Origin: an uncultured Candidatus Berkelbacteria bacterium
Lineage (GTDB): Bacteria > Patescibacteriota > UBA1384 > UBA12157
Assembly: GCA_903877885.1 (NCBI GenBank)
Contig: CAIRFN010000007.1
Span: 111 to 64,110, forward strand
Length of the DNA stretch: 64,000 nucleotides
Direction of reading: 5' to 3'
Shown: piece after piece, positions 1-9,102 of the stretch
Position numbering within the stretch: the stretch's first letter is position 1
Layout: each line of letters begins with the position of its first letter
Program-made: the position numbers and the translations under genes
The notes under the pieces: model-generated
Told to the model about the DNA's origin: nothing
Seen by the model: the letters and a program-made list of their open reading frames with translations, nothing else
Database searches by the model: none

Positions 1-1083
1 ATGACAGTTAAAGATGAACTAAAGTCAAAATATGCGACCGAGCAATCGGACGAGCTTAAGGTTATTAAAGAAAAGTTAAAGTTTGAATCGGAAAAAAGAG
101 CCGAGGCCCAAAAAAAAGAATTGGATTTTATTCAAAAACAAAATGAACTCGAAGATAAATTAAAAAATCAGGAAATTGAAGTCGTCCGCCGCATTCAGGA
201 AGAAAAGAAAAACATTGAGGAAAAATTGCAAATCGAGCTGGAAGAAAAAAAGAACTTTGAAGTTTTAGAACTGCGCAAACAACTTGAAGATACTAAAAAA
301 TCCTTGTCGGAAGCCCAACGCAAGGCTCAACAAGGCTCAATGCAAACGCAAGGCGAAGTAATGGAGCTGGTTTTGCGTGATGCTTTGAAAGCCAAATTTA
401 AGTTTGATGAAATTGAGGATGTGGCTAAAGGCGCCAACGGCGCCGATATTATCCAGAAGGTTATGACTCAAAATGGCGAGCTGGCCGGCATTATCGCTTG
501 GGAATCCAAACAAACCAAAGCCTGGGTTGAGGATTGGGTCACTAAACTCAAAGATGACGGCCATCGCGTCAAAGCCAATTTGCTGGTTTTAGTGAGCAAC
601 GTCTTACCAAAAGAGATTGAGCATTTTGGACCATACAAAGGCATTTGGGTTGCTGATCATGCTTCAGCTTTGGGTATGGCTAGCGCGCTTCGCAACAATC
701 TCTTGTCGATTTATTCCGTCGCGCTCGCCAATGAAAACAGTCAAGACAAAGCGATGGTACTATACAAGCATCTGACCAGCCAAGCTTTTATTAATCGCGT
801 CCAATCAATTTCCGAAACGCATATTGCTATGATAACGGAACTATCTAAAGAAAAGCTGGCTATGGAGCGAATTTGGGTTTCAAGAGAAAAACAAATCGAA
901 AGACTCGGTGCCAACACTCGCCAGGTTTTTAATGAAATCGGCGGCATTGTTGGCGGCCAATATTCTGGTATTGAGATTTTAGAGGAATTGGCGAGTGAGG
1001 CTTTGCCAGAACCAGAATCTAACCAATCCAAAACTGGAAAACCGAAAAATCCCACTGACGAAATCCAAGCTAATTTGTTTTAA
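1..1083 (+). CDS. DUF2130-like protein: N-terminal Lys/Glu-rich coiled coil, C-terminal PD-(D/E)XK-like motif (GADIIQ...ESK). May be 5'-truncated by the window edge.
   Basis: ORF track. The N-terminal half is EK-rich heptad-like. The C-terminal block GANGADIIQKV...GIIAWESKQTKAWV resembles DUF2130 / restriction-endonuclease-like folds. The ORF starts at base 1. Confidence 0.5.
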   Translation: MTVKDELKSKYATEQSDELKVIKEKLKFESEKRAEAQKKELDFIQKQNELEDKLKNQEIEVVRRIQEEKKNIEEKLQIELEEKKNFEVLELRKQLEDTKKSLSEAQRKAQQGSMQTQGEVMELVLRDALKAKFKFDEIEDVAKGANGADIIQKVMTQNGELAGIIAWESKQTKAWVEDWVTKLKDDGHRVKANLLVLVSNVLPKEIEHFGPYKGIWVADHASALGMASALRNNLLSIYSVALANENSQDKAMVLYKHLTSQAFINRVQSISETHIAMITELSKEKLAMERIWVSREKQIERLGANTRQVFNEIGGIVGGQYSGIEILEELASEALPEPESNQSKTGKPKNPTDEIQANLF

Positions 1084-1090
1084 CCTTCCT

Positions 1091-1130
1091 TGTCATTCCA
1101 GACCGGCGGGCCGTAGGATCTGGAATCCAG
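1091..1130. repeat. Repeat A (palindromic about 40-bp element), forward copy.
   Basis: TGTCATTCCAGACCGGCGGGCCGTAGGATCTGGAATCCAG; its ends match all other A copies. Confidence 0.85.
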
Positions 1131-1137
1131 AATTTAA

Positions 1138-1425
1138 ATGAATACATATTATGTTTATATTTTAGCAAGTGATAAAAATGGTACACTTTATATTGGCGTA
1201 ACAAACAATTTGATTCGGCGAATTTATGAACATAAAAATAAACTAGCTGATGGTTTTACAAAGAAATATAATATCGAGCAGTTAGTTTACTTTGAGCAAA
1301 CAACAGATATTGAATCAGCAATAATAAGAGAAAAACAATTGAAAGCCTGGAATCGAAAATGGAAGTTGGATATAATCGAAAAAAATAATCCTAATTGGGA
1401 TGACTTGTATTTAAAAATTCTTTAA
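1138..1425 (+). CDS. Small GIY-YIG nuclease family protein (about 95 aa).
   Basis: N-terminal YVYIL...GTLYIGVTNNLIRRIYEH matches the GIY-YIG motif (GIY...YIG, conserved R and E). The gene is bracketed by inverted copies of repeat A. Confidence 0.85.
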   Translation: MNTYYVYILASDKNGTLYIGVTNNLIRRIYEHKNKLADGFTKKYNIEQLVYFEQTTDIESAIIREKQLKAWNRKWKLDIIEKNNPNWDDLYLKIL

Positions 1426-1465
1426 CTGGATTCCAGATCCTGACGCCGTCCGGTCTGGAATGACA
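1426..1465. repeat. Repeat A, inverted copy.
   Basis: CTGGATTCCAGATCCTGACGCCGTCCGGTCTGGAATGACA. With the 1091-1130 copy it forms an inverted pair around the GIY-YIG gene. Confidence 0.85.
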
Positions 1466-1483
1466 CTAAAATCATTACAAATA

Positions 1484-1520
1484 GATTCCAGATCAAGGTT
1501 GACACCTGTCTGGAATGACA
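1484..1520. repeat. Repeat A, inverted and degenerate copy.
   Basis: GATTCCAGATCAAGGTTGACACCTGTCTGGAATGACAA. Confidence 0.7.
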
Positions 1521-1534
1521 AAATAAATTCACTA

Positions 1535-2392
1535 ATGAAAAACATAATTAATTATCCAATAATTGATTTACATGTTCACCTGCGAGATAAGGTTAGTTTT
1601 TATAGCAAACAAGCTAAATATTCCGGTTTATCAATTTTAGCTTGTATGCCAAACACTAATCCTTGTTTAGATAATTTAGAAACAATTAAACAATATTTAC
1701 TAGTTAAAAACTACACCAAAATAATCCCAGTTAGCGCAATCACGCTTGGTCGAAAAGGAAAAGAGTTAGTTAATATTGATAAGCTAAAAAAGCATGTCTT
1801 GGGCTTTTCCGACGATGGTGATTGTTTAATGAATCTAGATTTGGTTAAAGAAGCTCTGGACAAAGATGTTTTACTGATGGTCCATTTAGAACCAGAAGTT
1901 GAAATGACCCGAAAATATCTCCAAGTCTTATCTAAGGTTAAGTCTGGCCGATTACATATTCAACACGTGAGTCAAAAAGAAACAGTGGATTTAATTCGCA
2001 AAGCAAAGAAAAAGGGACTTTCTGTTACTTGCGAAACTTGTCCACATTACTTTACATTTGATAATGAAATTGAGGACAAAGCAGTTAATCCGCCATTAGG
2101 AAATAGTCAGGATATTAAAGCAATCAAAAAAGGCCTAGCTGATGGTACAATCGATTGTATTGTTTCCGATTTTGCGCCTGTTCCTAGACCTAAAAATACC
2201 GGTTTTGCTTCGTTTGATGCTTTTATCTGGCTAAGTTATGGTTTAGTTTTAGAAAGAACTCTTACGCCACAGCAATTAAAAGAAAAATTATATTTAAATC
2301 CGATGAAAATTATCAAACAAAATTTAAATCCAGAAATACTGGATTCCAGACCTGACGGCGTCAGGATCTGGAATGACAACAATAACCTATGA
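1535..2392 (+). CDS. Amidohydrolase-family protein, dihydroorotase-like and short. The last ~17 codons are encoded by a repeat A copy.
   Basis: IDLHVHLRD metal-binding HxH motif near the N-terminus and an SDFAP block near the C-terminus. The ORF-track start (1460) lies inside repeat sequence, so the internal Met at 1535 is preferred. The 3' end reads through the repeat at 2339-2378. Confidence 0.55.
   Translation: MKNIINYPIIDLHVHLRDKVSFYSKQAKYSGLSILACMPNTNPCLDNLETIKQYLLVKNYTKIIPVSAITLGRKGKELVNIDKLKKHVLGFSDDGDCLMNLDLVKEALDKDVLLMVHLEPEVEMTRKYLQVLSKVKSGRLHIQHVSQKETVDLIRKAKKKGLSVTCETCPHYFTFDNEIEDKAVNPPLGNSQDIKAIKKGLADGTIDCIVSDFAPVPRPKNTGFASFDAFIWLSYGLVLERTLTPQQLKEKLYLNPMKIIKQNLNPEILDSRPDGVRIWNDNNNL
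2339..2378. repeat. Repeat A, inverted copy lying inside the 3' end of the amidohydrolase ORF.
   Basis: CTGGATTCCAGACCTGACGGCGTCAGGATCTGGAATGACA; its core CCTGACGGCGTCAGG is a perfect palindrome. Confidence 0.85.
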
Positions 2393-5300
2393 TCAACAAA
2401 AAATTTATAACTGAATTTAAGAAACTCAATGACCATCAGCGCGAAGCGGTGGAAGCAATTGAAGGACCGGTGATGGTAATTGCCGGGCCCGGCACCGGCA
2501 AGACTCAAATCTTGGCTATGCGGATTGCCAATATTTTAAAAGAAGCTCAAGTTGATGCCGGCAATATTTTGTGTCTTACCTTTACCAACTCCGGTGTTTG
2601 GGCTATGCGAAAAAGACTACTAGAAATTATTGGTCCGGCCAGCTACAAAGTCCATGTCCACACATATCATTCTTTTTGCAATGAAGTCATCCAAACTTTT
2701 CCGGAAAAATTCCTATTTAGCCGCAATTTGGAACAAATTAACGACTTGGACCAAATTCTAACCATTAAAAAGATTTTAGATGAAAATAATTTTCAAAGAA
2801 TTAAAACCCTTAAAGCGCCGTATTATTATCAATCAGCCATCTTGCAATCAATTAATAGCTTAAAGCAAGAAAATATCAGCCCGCAGTTTTTTAAGAAAAT
2901 TGTTCAAAAAGAAATTAAGACCATCGATCAAATTGAAGATCTCTATCACGACAAAGGTCCGAATAAGGGCAAGATTAAGGCTAAGTATGTGGACCTGAAA
3001 GATCAATTGGAAAAAAACTTGGAGCTGGCCGAGGCTTACAAGCTCTATAATTTAGCACTTCAAAAAAACGGTCAATACGATTACGCCGATATGATCTTGT
3101 ACGTTGTTCGTGAACTAAGTAAAGACCAGGAACTTTTGAGTTATTATCAGGAAAAATTTCAGTATTTTTTAGTTGATGAATATCAAGACACCAACAGCGC
3201 TCAAAATGAAATCGTTCGGCTTTTATCTAGCTTCTACGATGAGCCAAACCTTTTTGTGGTTGGCGACGATGAGCAATCAATCTTTCGTTTTCAAGGCGCG
3301 GCCTTGGAAAACATTTTGGAGTTTATGAGCTTACATCCGAATGCTAAAAAGATTGTTTTAGAAGAAAACTATCGGTCGGGTCAACAGATTCTGGATGCAT
3401 CAAGAAGCCTGATTAAAAATAATCAAAAACAGATTTTCAGTGTTTTAAAGATCGATAAACATCTTGTTAGCACTAAAGCGATTGAGTCTAAAATCAACCT
3501 GGCTCAGTTTAGTTCCGATCAAACCGAAAATTTTTTCATTGCCAAGGAAATTAAAAAATTACTCAAGAAAAACATTGACCCAGCCGAAATCGCTTGTATC
3601 TACAAAGAACATCGCGATGCTACCGCTTTAGCCGAAACTTTAGCTAAAAGTAAAATTCCATACTCGCAAAACAATTCTGATAATATTTTGCTTGATCCAG
3701 ACACACAAAAGATTATCAACATGCTTAAAATCGTTGCAAATGCCGACACCGAACTTTTGTTTGAAATAATGCATTATCCTTTTTTTAAGCTTAATAAACT
3801 GGATATTTACCGACTGGCTAATTTGGCTTACAAAAACAAAACCAGTATTTTTAAAACAATGGTTGATCTTAAGAAAGAGGATTTGGCCCTGCCGGCAAAT
3901 CGTAAAAAAACTTTAACCAAATTCATTAACTTGATTTTGACTAGCTCGAGTAATTTTTCCAATCTGACTTTTGCCGCCGCTTTTGAGGTTTTGGTTAACT
4001 CGAGCGGCTATTTAAATTACTTACTTAAACTCCCGGACGCGCCGATTAAACTCAATCGCTTAAAATCACTCTTTGATGAAGTTAAAACCATTAACACTAA
4101 AAATGCCAATTTGAATCTCAAAGGTTTTTTAAACTACCTTAACGAGCTGGAAGAAAATAATTTGAAGATTATGGAACGACCGATGGAGGCGGATTTTCAT
4201 GGTGTTAAATTAATGACTGCTCACCAGGCGAAAGGTTTGGAGTTTGAATATGTTTTTATGATTCATTTAACCGATAATCATTGGGGTAACAAAACGGCTC
4301 GCAAATTAATTAAACTGCCGGCCGGTTTACTGAAAATTGAAAATGATACAGATGAAAACGACGAAGAAGAACGCCGCTTGTTTTATGTTGGTCTAACCCG
4401 GGCTAAAAAAGATATTTATCTAACTTATGCCGATATTTATAATGAAAGCGCAAGTCCGACACTGCCGAGCAAATTTTTATCTGAAATCGAGCCGAAATAT
4501 TTGACTGACTTAAATGTAACTAAATACGAACAAAACTTTGTCGAAAGATTAAAAATCGAGTTAAAACCAAGTCTGCTGGCGCCAGCCAAAGACCTCAAAA
4601 AATACTTGGCAGAACTAGCCGAAAAATTTGTTTTAAGTGCCACCAGTTTTAACGCCTATTTGGATTGTCCACAAAAGTTTTTCTATAATCAATTTTTGAA
4701 AGTGCCGAAATTAAAAGATTTTAATCTTGCCTATGGTTCGGCTGTTCACTACGGTCTGGAACTGTTTTTTAAAAAACAAAAACAGGATTTTGCCTTGCCC
4801 TCAAAGAAGTTTTTACTTAACCAATTTAAGGTTGGCCTAAAACGGGAAATTCTTTCACTGGCCGAGCTTAAAAGAGCCTTACATTTGGGACGGAAGGTTT
4901 TGAGTGAATACTATGATTTTTATGCCGCCGACTGGACTCGCCACATTCCGATTGCCGCCGAATATAATTTTAGCTATCACAATGTTCATTTTGGTCCAAT
5001 TCCAATTACCGGAAAAATCGACAAGATCGAGCTTCTTGATAAAATCGGTAAATCTGTCAAAATCGTTGATTACAAAACTACCACGGCCAAAAGTCAAAAC
5101 TATTTACTGGGGCTTACCAAAGACGAAGATTTGTCCTATTTATATCAAGCTTTCTTTTACAAACTTTTGGCCGAAAATGATCCGTTGTTTGACTGGGTCA
5201 TTGCCGAAGTCGAGTTTGATTTTATTTCTTCGGACAAAGGCAAATTTACTAAAGTCAGTATTCCGATTGACCAAGCGGCCTATGAAGAATTTAAAAAACA

Positions 5301-5406
5301 GGTTGGGACTACTTATCATGACATTTTGGATTTGAAATTTTCGCCTGATTTAACCGCTTGCGCTAAGAGTCGCTACAAATGCGATTTTGAAAACCTGTGC
5401 CATTAG
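2389..5406 (+). CDS. UvrD/PcrA-family SF1 helicase fused to a C-terminal RecB/AddB/Cas4-like PD-(D/E)XK nuclease with a Cys cluster.
   Basis: Helicase motifs: VIAGPGTGKT (Walker A), FLVDEYQDTN (II), VGDDEQSIFRFQGA (III), ENYRS (IV), TAHQAKGLEFEYVF (V) and GLTRAK (VI). C-terminus: IDKIEL...KIVDYKTT (D...E.K) plus a C...CAKSRYKCDFENLC cluster. Confidence 0.85.
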   Translation: MINKKFITEFKKLNDHQREAVEAIEGPVMVIAGPGTGKTQILAMRIANILKEAQVDAGNILCLTFTNSGVWAMRKRLLEIIGPASYKVHVHTYHSFCNEVIQTFPEKFLFSRNLEQINDLDQILTIKKILDENNFQRIKTLKAPYYYQSAILQSINSLKQENISPQFFKKIVQKEIKTIDQIEDLYHDKGPNKGKIKAKYVDLKDQLEKNLELAEAYKLYNLALQKNGQYDYADMILYVVRELSKDQELLSYYQEKFQYFLVDEYQDTNSAQNEIVRLLSSFYDEPNLFVVGDDEQSIFRFQGAALENILEFMSLHPNAKKIVLEENYRSGQQILDASRSLIKNNQKQIFSVLKIDKHLVSTKAIESKINLAQFSSDQTENFFIAKEIKKLLKKNIDPAEIACIYKEHRDATALAETLAKSKIPYSQNNSDNILLDPDTQKIINMLKIVANADTELLFEIMHYPFFKLNKLDIYRLANLAYKNKTSIFKTMVDLKKEDLALPANRKKTLTKFINLILTSSSNFSNLTFAAAFEVLVNSSGYLNYLLKLPDAPIKLNRLKSLFDEVKTINTKNANLNLKGFLNYLNELEENNLKIMERPMEADFHGVKLMTAHQAKGLEFEYVFMIHLTDNHWGNKTARKLIKLPAGLLKIENDTDENDEEERRLFYVGLTRAKKDIYLTYADIYNESASPTLPSKFLSEIEPKYLTDLNVTKYEQNFVERLKIELKPSLLAPAKDLKKYLAELAEKFVLSATSFNAYLDCPQKFFYNQFLKVPKLKDFNLAYGSAVHYGLELFFKKQKQDFALPSKKFLLNQFKVGLKREILSLAELKRALHLGRKVLSEYYDFYAADWTRHIPIAAEYNFSYHNVHFGPIPITGKIDKIELLDKIGKSVKIVDYKTTTAKSQNYLLGLTKDEDLSYLYQAFFYKLLAENDPLFDWVIAEVEFDFISSDKGKFTKVSIPIDQAAYEEFKKQVGTTYHDILDLKFSPDLTACAKSRYKCDFENLCH

Positions 5407-5443
5407 TCTTTAATATCTTAAAAATAACTGATAGAATGAATTT

Positions 5444-6322
5444 ATGAAGAAAAAGCAGAAAAAAACTTCGTTTAAACCCAGATGGTCTATTTTGGTTGTA
5501 GCACTGGCCATGATATTGTTTGGTTCGTTTTTGTTGTGGCAAAATTATCAAGCCATAAAAATTCCGATCCGGCAACTAAAACCAGAAAAAGCCATCGCTT
5601 TAAAATCAGCCGAACCGCAAATATCAGCTAGTCCAATTTCTAACCATAATAATTTAGAAAAATTCCAGGTTCCGATTTTAATGTATCATTATATTCGCGT
5701 CGCTGATCCGGCCGATACGATGGGTGTGGCTTTGTCAGTTACACCGGAAAACTTTGCTGCCCAAATGACTTGGCTTAGCCAAAACGATTACGAATCAATG
5801 AAATTGACTGATTTGGCTGACCCGGCTAAAACCGTTCTTCACAAAATCGAAGCCAAAAATAAAAAACCGATCATTATTACTTTTGATGATGGTTACGACA
5901 ATGCTTATACACAAGCCATGCCAATCCTTAAAAAACACGATTTTACTGGTACGTTTTTCATTATTCGCCATTTTGTCGGCCGACCGGAATATGCTACTCA
6001 AACTCAAATCGATCAAATGGCCAAAGCAAGTATGGAAATCGGCTCGCACACCTTGGACCATAAAGATTTGGCTAAAAATTCAATCGAAGTTGATCATCAA
6101 CAAATTTTTGATTCTAAGCTTGACGCCAACACTTTTTGCTATCCGTCAGGAAGATACACCGAAGAAACGGTTAATTTAGTTAAAGAAGCCGGCTATGTCG
6201 CGGCTGTCACTACCCGCGACGGCATCGCTAATCAAGACTCGAGTTTATTCGAATTACCCCGCGTCAGAATTAAAAATGTTGATTTAGAAACTTTTGCAAA
6301 TAGAGTTAAAGGTTTGAAGTAA
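5444..6322 (+). CDS. Polysaccharide deacetylase (NodB homology domain) with an N-terminal membrane anchor.
   Basis: Hydrophobic N-terminus, then ITFDDGYDNAY and a His-containing catalytic block (SHTLDH). Confidence 0.8.
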   Translation: MKKKQKKTSFKPRWSILVVALAMILFGSFLLWQNYQAIKIPIRQLKPEKAIALKSAEPQISASPISNHNNLEKFQVPILMYHYIRVADPADTMGVALSVTPENFAAQMTWLSQNDYESMKLTDLADPAKTVLHKIEAKNKKPIIITFDDGYDNAYTQAMPILKKHDFTGTFFIIRHFVGRPEYATQTQIDQMAKASMEIGSHTLDHKDLAKNSIEVDHQQIFDSKLDANTFCYPSGRYTEETVNLVKEAGYVAAVTTRDGIANQDSSLFELPRVRIKNVDLETFANRVKGLK

Positions 6323-6366
6323 ATAAACCACGGCCCACTTCCAGGGTGGGTTATAAGGTCAAAAAT

Positions 6367-7077
6367 ATGAAAATAATTTATGAAAATGACAATTATTTGG
6401 TGGTGGATAAACCAGCGGGAGTTTTGGTTCACCCAACCGCAGCCAATGAAACCAATACTTTGGTAGATTGGTTGTGCGACAGATATTCGGATTTTAAAAA
6501 CCAAGCTTGGGCTGAACCAATGCGCGCCGGTATTGTTCATCGACTGGATAAAGACACTTCCGGTTTGATTGTGCTGGCTAAAAATCCGGCGACTTTGGAG
6601 CGACTCCAAAATTTGTTCAAAAGTCGCGAAGTTCACAAAACCTACCAGGCACTAGTAGCTGGACATGCACCGGAAAAAGGCAAAGTTGATTTACCGATTA
6701 TCCGCGACAGCCAAAAAGATCTAATGCGGACTCAAGCGATGAGTTTTTCTTTTAGCCGTGGCACGGCCCGCGAAGCGGTCACAGAATATAAAACAATCGC
6801 AAGATATAAGTTTAAAAAAGATGAATTAAGTTTGGTTGAAGTCTATCCAGCGACTGGCCGCATGCATCAAATTCGCGTTCATCTAAAAAGCGATGGCTTT
6901 CCGCTCATCGGCGACCAACTCTATTTTAATAAACTGTCCAAACGCATTTCCAAGGAATTTAAATTTGATCGTCAGTTTTTGCATGCTGTCAGATTAGAAA
7001 TCGATGGCCAAACATTTGAGTCAGATTTAAGCGATGATTTAAAAGAAATTATAACCAAACTAAAGGTAATCGAATGA
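6367..7077 (+). CDS. RluA-family 23S/tRNA pseudouridine synthase.
   Basis: HRLDKDTSGLIVLAKN catalytic Asp motif. An internal Met with context is preferred over the ORF-track start. Confidence 0.85.
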   Translation: MKIIYENDNYLVVDKPAGVLVHPTAANETNTLVDWLCDRYSDFKNQAWAEPMRAGIVHRLDKDTSGLIVLAKNPATLERLQNLFKSREVHKTYQALVAGHAPEKGKVDLPIIRDSQKDLMRTQAMSFSFSRGTAREAVTEYKTIARYKFKKDELSLVEVYPATGRMHQIRVHLKSDGFPLIGDQLYFNKLSKRISKEFKFDRQFLHAVRLEIDGQTFESDLSDDLKEIITKLKVIE

Positions 7078-7643
7078 GCAAAATCTTTATCATTTCTGGT
7101 CCATCCGGTTGCGGAAAAGGCACGATTATCGATAAGCTTTTGCAAAATCAAGAGCTTAATTTGTACTGGGCTAAAAGTTATACCACTCGGCCCATTCGCG
7201 AATCGGACCGCAAAGAAAATAAATATCTTTTTACTACAGTTAAAGAATTTAAGGAAATTGAACGCCGCGGCGAGATTTTGGAGTCGAATTTGTATAATGG
7301 CAATTGGTACGGCACCTCGCGGATGGAAATTCAAAATGCTTTAAAAAAAGGGGTAAATGTTATTAAAGACATTGATGTTCACGGCGCAATGGCCTATACC
7401 AAAATGTTCCAAAATTTAGTTTTGATTTTTATCAAAAGCGATTTGGTTGATATTGAAACCAGATTACAAAATCGCCAGCAAAATTCCGAAGAAGAAATTC
7501 AAAATCGTTTAGCTGAAGCTATTAAAGAAATGGAATTTGCCAAACACTATGATTATGTCGTCGAAAACAAACAAAATCATTTGGACGAAGCAATCACAGA
7601 AATATCAAATATAATCAAAAAGGAAAATAATGAGAGAAATTAA
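7074..7643 (+). CDS. gmk: Guanylate kinase.
   Basis: P-loop IISGPSGCGKGT, SYTTRP and a GMP-binding region. Overlaps the upstream gene by 4 nt (ATGA). Confidence 0.85.
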   Translation: MSKIFIISGPSGCGKGTIIDKLLQNQELNLYWAKSYTTRPIRESDRKENKYLFTTVKEFKEIERRGEILESNLYNGNWYGTSRMEIQNALKKGVNVIKDIDVHGAMAYTKMFQNLVLIFIKSDLVDIETRLQNRQQNSEEEIQNRLAEAIKEMEFAKHYDYVVENKQNHLDEAITEISNIIKKENNERN

Positions 7644-8100
7644 CAGAGAAATTGTTTCAGCCGTAATTATTTCGAAGGATAATAAAATCTTTATGGGTCG
7701 TAGTGGCGACCAACGCGGCCAGGTTTATTCTGATTGTTGGCGAATTCCTGGTGGTGGTGTTGAAGAAGGTGAGGATCAAATCACTGCCTTAGATCGAGAA
7801 ATGATTGAAGAAACAGGAATTGATACTACAAAATATAATAAAGAATTAATTACTGATCAAAAATTTGGAAATTGCGAAAAATGCCTAAGAACGACCGGCG
7901 AAAAAGTTTTAGTTCATATGCATTTCTTTGATTATAAAATCACAATTGGCGATAAAGACGCCGATGAGATTGTATTAAAGCCAGTTGACGATGAATTTGA
8001 TGAAATTAAATGGTTTACTCCAGATGAAATTAAAAAATTAAAACTTTCCCCACCATCAATCGAATTATTTGAAGAGATGGGGATTATTTCAGGAGAATAA
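7630..8100 (+). CDS. NUDIX hydrolase.
   Basis: Nudix box GGGVEEGEDQITALDREMIEETGI (GX5EX7REUXEEXGU). Confidence 0.8.
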   Translation: MREINREIVSAVIISKDNKIFMGRSGDQRGQVYSDCWRIPGGGVEEGEDQITALDREMIEETGIDTTKYNKELITDQKFGNCEKCLRTTGEKVLVHMHFFDYKITIGDKDADEIVLKPVDDEFDEIKWFTPDEIKKLKLSPPSIELFEEMGIISGE

Positions 8101-8158
8101 ATAAATGACCTTTGATACACCTACGAGGTGTATCAAATTGGTGACATAAAGGATTAAA

Positions 8159-8524
8159 ATGTTAAACGAAAAACAAATTGAACTTTTAAAAAATCAAAAA
8201 ACTGTTGTGCTAACAACATCAGACGCTGATAACCAACCTCGATCGGTTTTTGTTGAAGCCAGCATTGTTAGAAACGATAGTATTTTTATTACAGACAATC
8301 ATTTAGAAAAAACAATAGAAAATATCAAGCAAAATGAAAAAGTTTTTATTTTAGCTTACAAAGAAGATTACAGTTATATTGTTTATATCACTGGCACAAC
8401 AATTTATCATGACAATGGTAATATTCTTGAAGAAATTAAAAATCTCCCAGAAAATAAAAAATACAATCCAAAAAGCGTGATTGAAATAAAAATAAATAAG
8501 ATCGAAGAACCTTTTAATATTTAA
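8159..8524 (+). CDS. Pyridoxamine 5'-phosphate oxidase-like FMN-binding split-barrel protein (putative).
   Basis: Size and N-terminal pattern (LL...TVVLTT...G.P...V) resemble the PNPOx-like fold. This is a weak call. Confidence 0.4.
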   Translation: MLNEKQIELLKNQKTVVLTTSDADNQPRSVFVEASIVRNDSIFITDNHLEKTIENIKQNEKVFILAYKEDYSYIVYITGTTIYHDNGNILEEIKNLPENKKYNPKSVIEIKINKIEEPFNI

Positions 8525-8533
8525 GGAGCTAAC

Positions 8534-9100
8534 ATGGCTGAAGTAAAAGTTTTAATTGAAGGTTGGACCAATGCAGATACAAAAGCAGAGGGTGAAGACG
8601 AAACAACTTGTTGTACAACCTGTTTAATAACTGACGATAATTTAAAAATCGTCACTGATCCAGGCGTACTCGCTGACCAAAAAATTATGACCGATGCGCT
8701 CGCTAAAGAAAATTTAAGCGTCAATGATATTACTCACGTTTTCCTTACTCATTCTCACATCGACCATTATCGAAATATTGGAATGTTTCCAAATGCCAAA
8801 ACCGTGGAATATTGGGGACTTTGGGACGGCGCTAAAACTTGGGACCGACCTGAAAAACTATCTGATAATATCGATATTATCGAAACGCCTGGCCATAACT
8901 ATGATGGTTTATCGCTTATTGTTAATACTAATGAAGGTAAGGTTGCAATTGTGGGTGATGTTTGGTGGAAGGAGGATTATCCAGAAACCGATCCCTATGC
9001 TTCAGATCCAGAAAAACTCAATAAAAGTCGCAAAAAAGTTTTGGAATTAGCCAACTATATAATTCCTGGACATGGGAAGTTGTTTAAGGTGGAGAAGTAA
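8534..9100 (+). CDS. MBL-fold metallo-hydrolase.
   Basis: THSHIDHY (HxHxDH) motif and downstream His/Asp ligands. A strong RBS (AAGGAG) lies upstream. Confidence 0.75.
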   Translation: MAEVKVLIEGWTNADTKAEGEDETTCCTTCLITDDNLKIVTDPGVLADQKIMTDALAKENLSVNDITHVFLTHSHIDHYRNIGMFPNAKTVEYWGLWDGAKTWDRPEKLSDNIDIIETPGHNYDGLSLIVNTNEGKVAIVGDVWWKEDYPETDPYASDPEKLNKSRKKVLELANYIIPGHGKLFKVEK

Positions 9101-9102
9101 TC

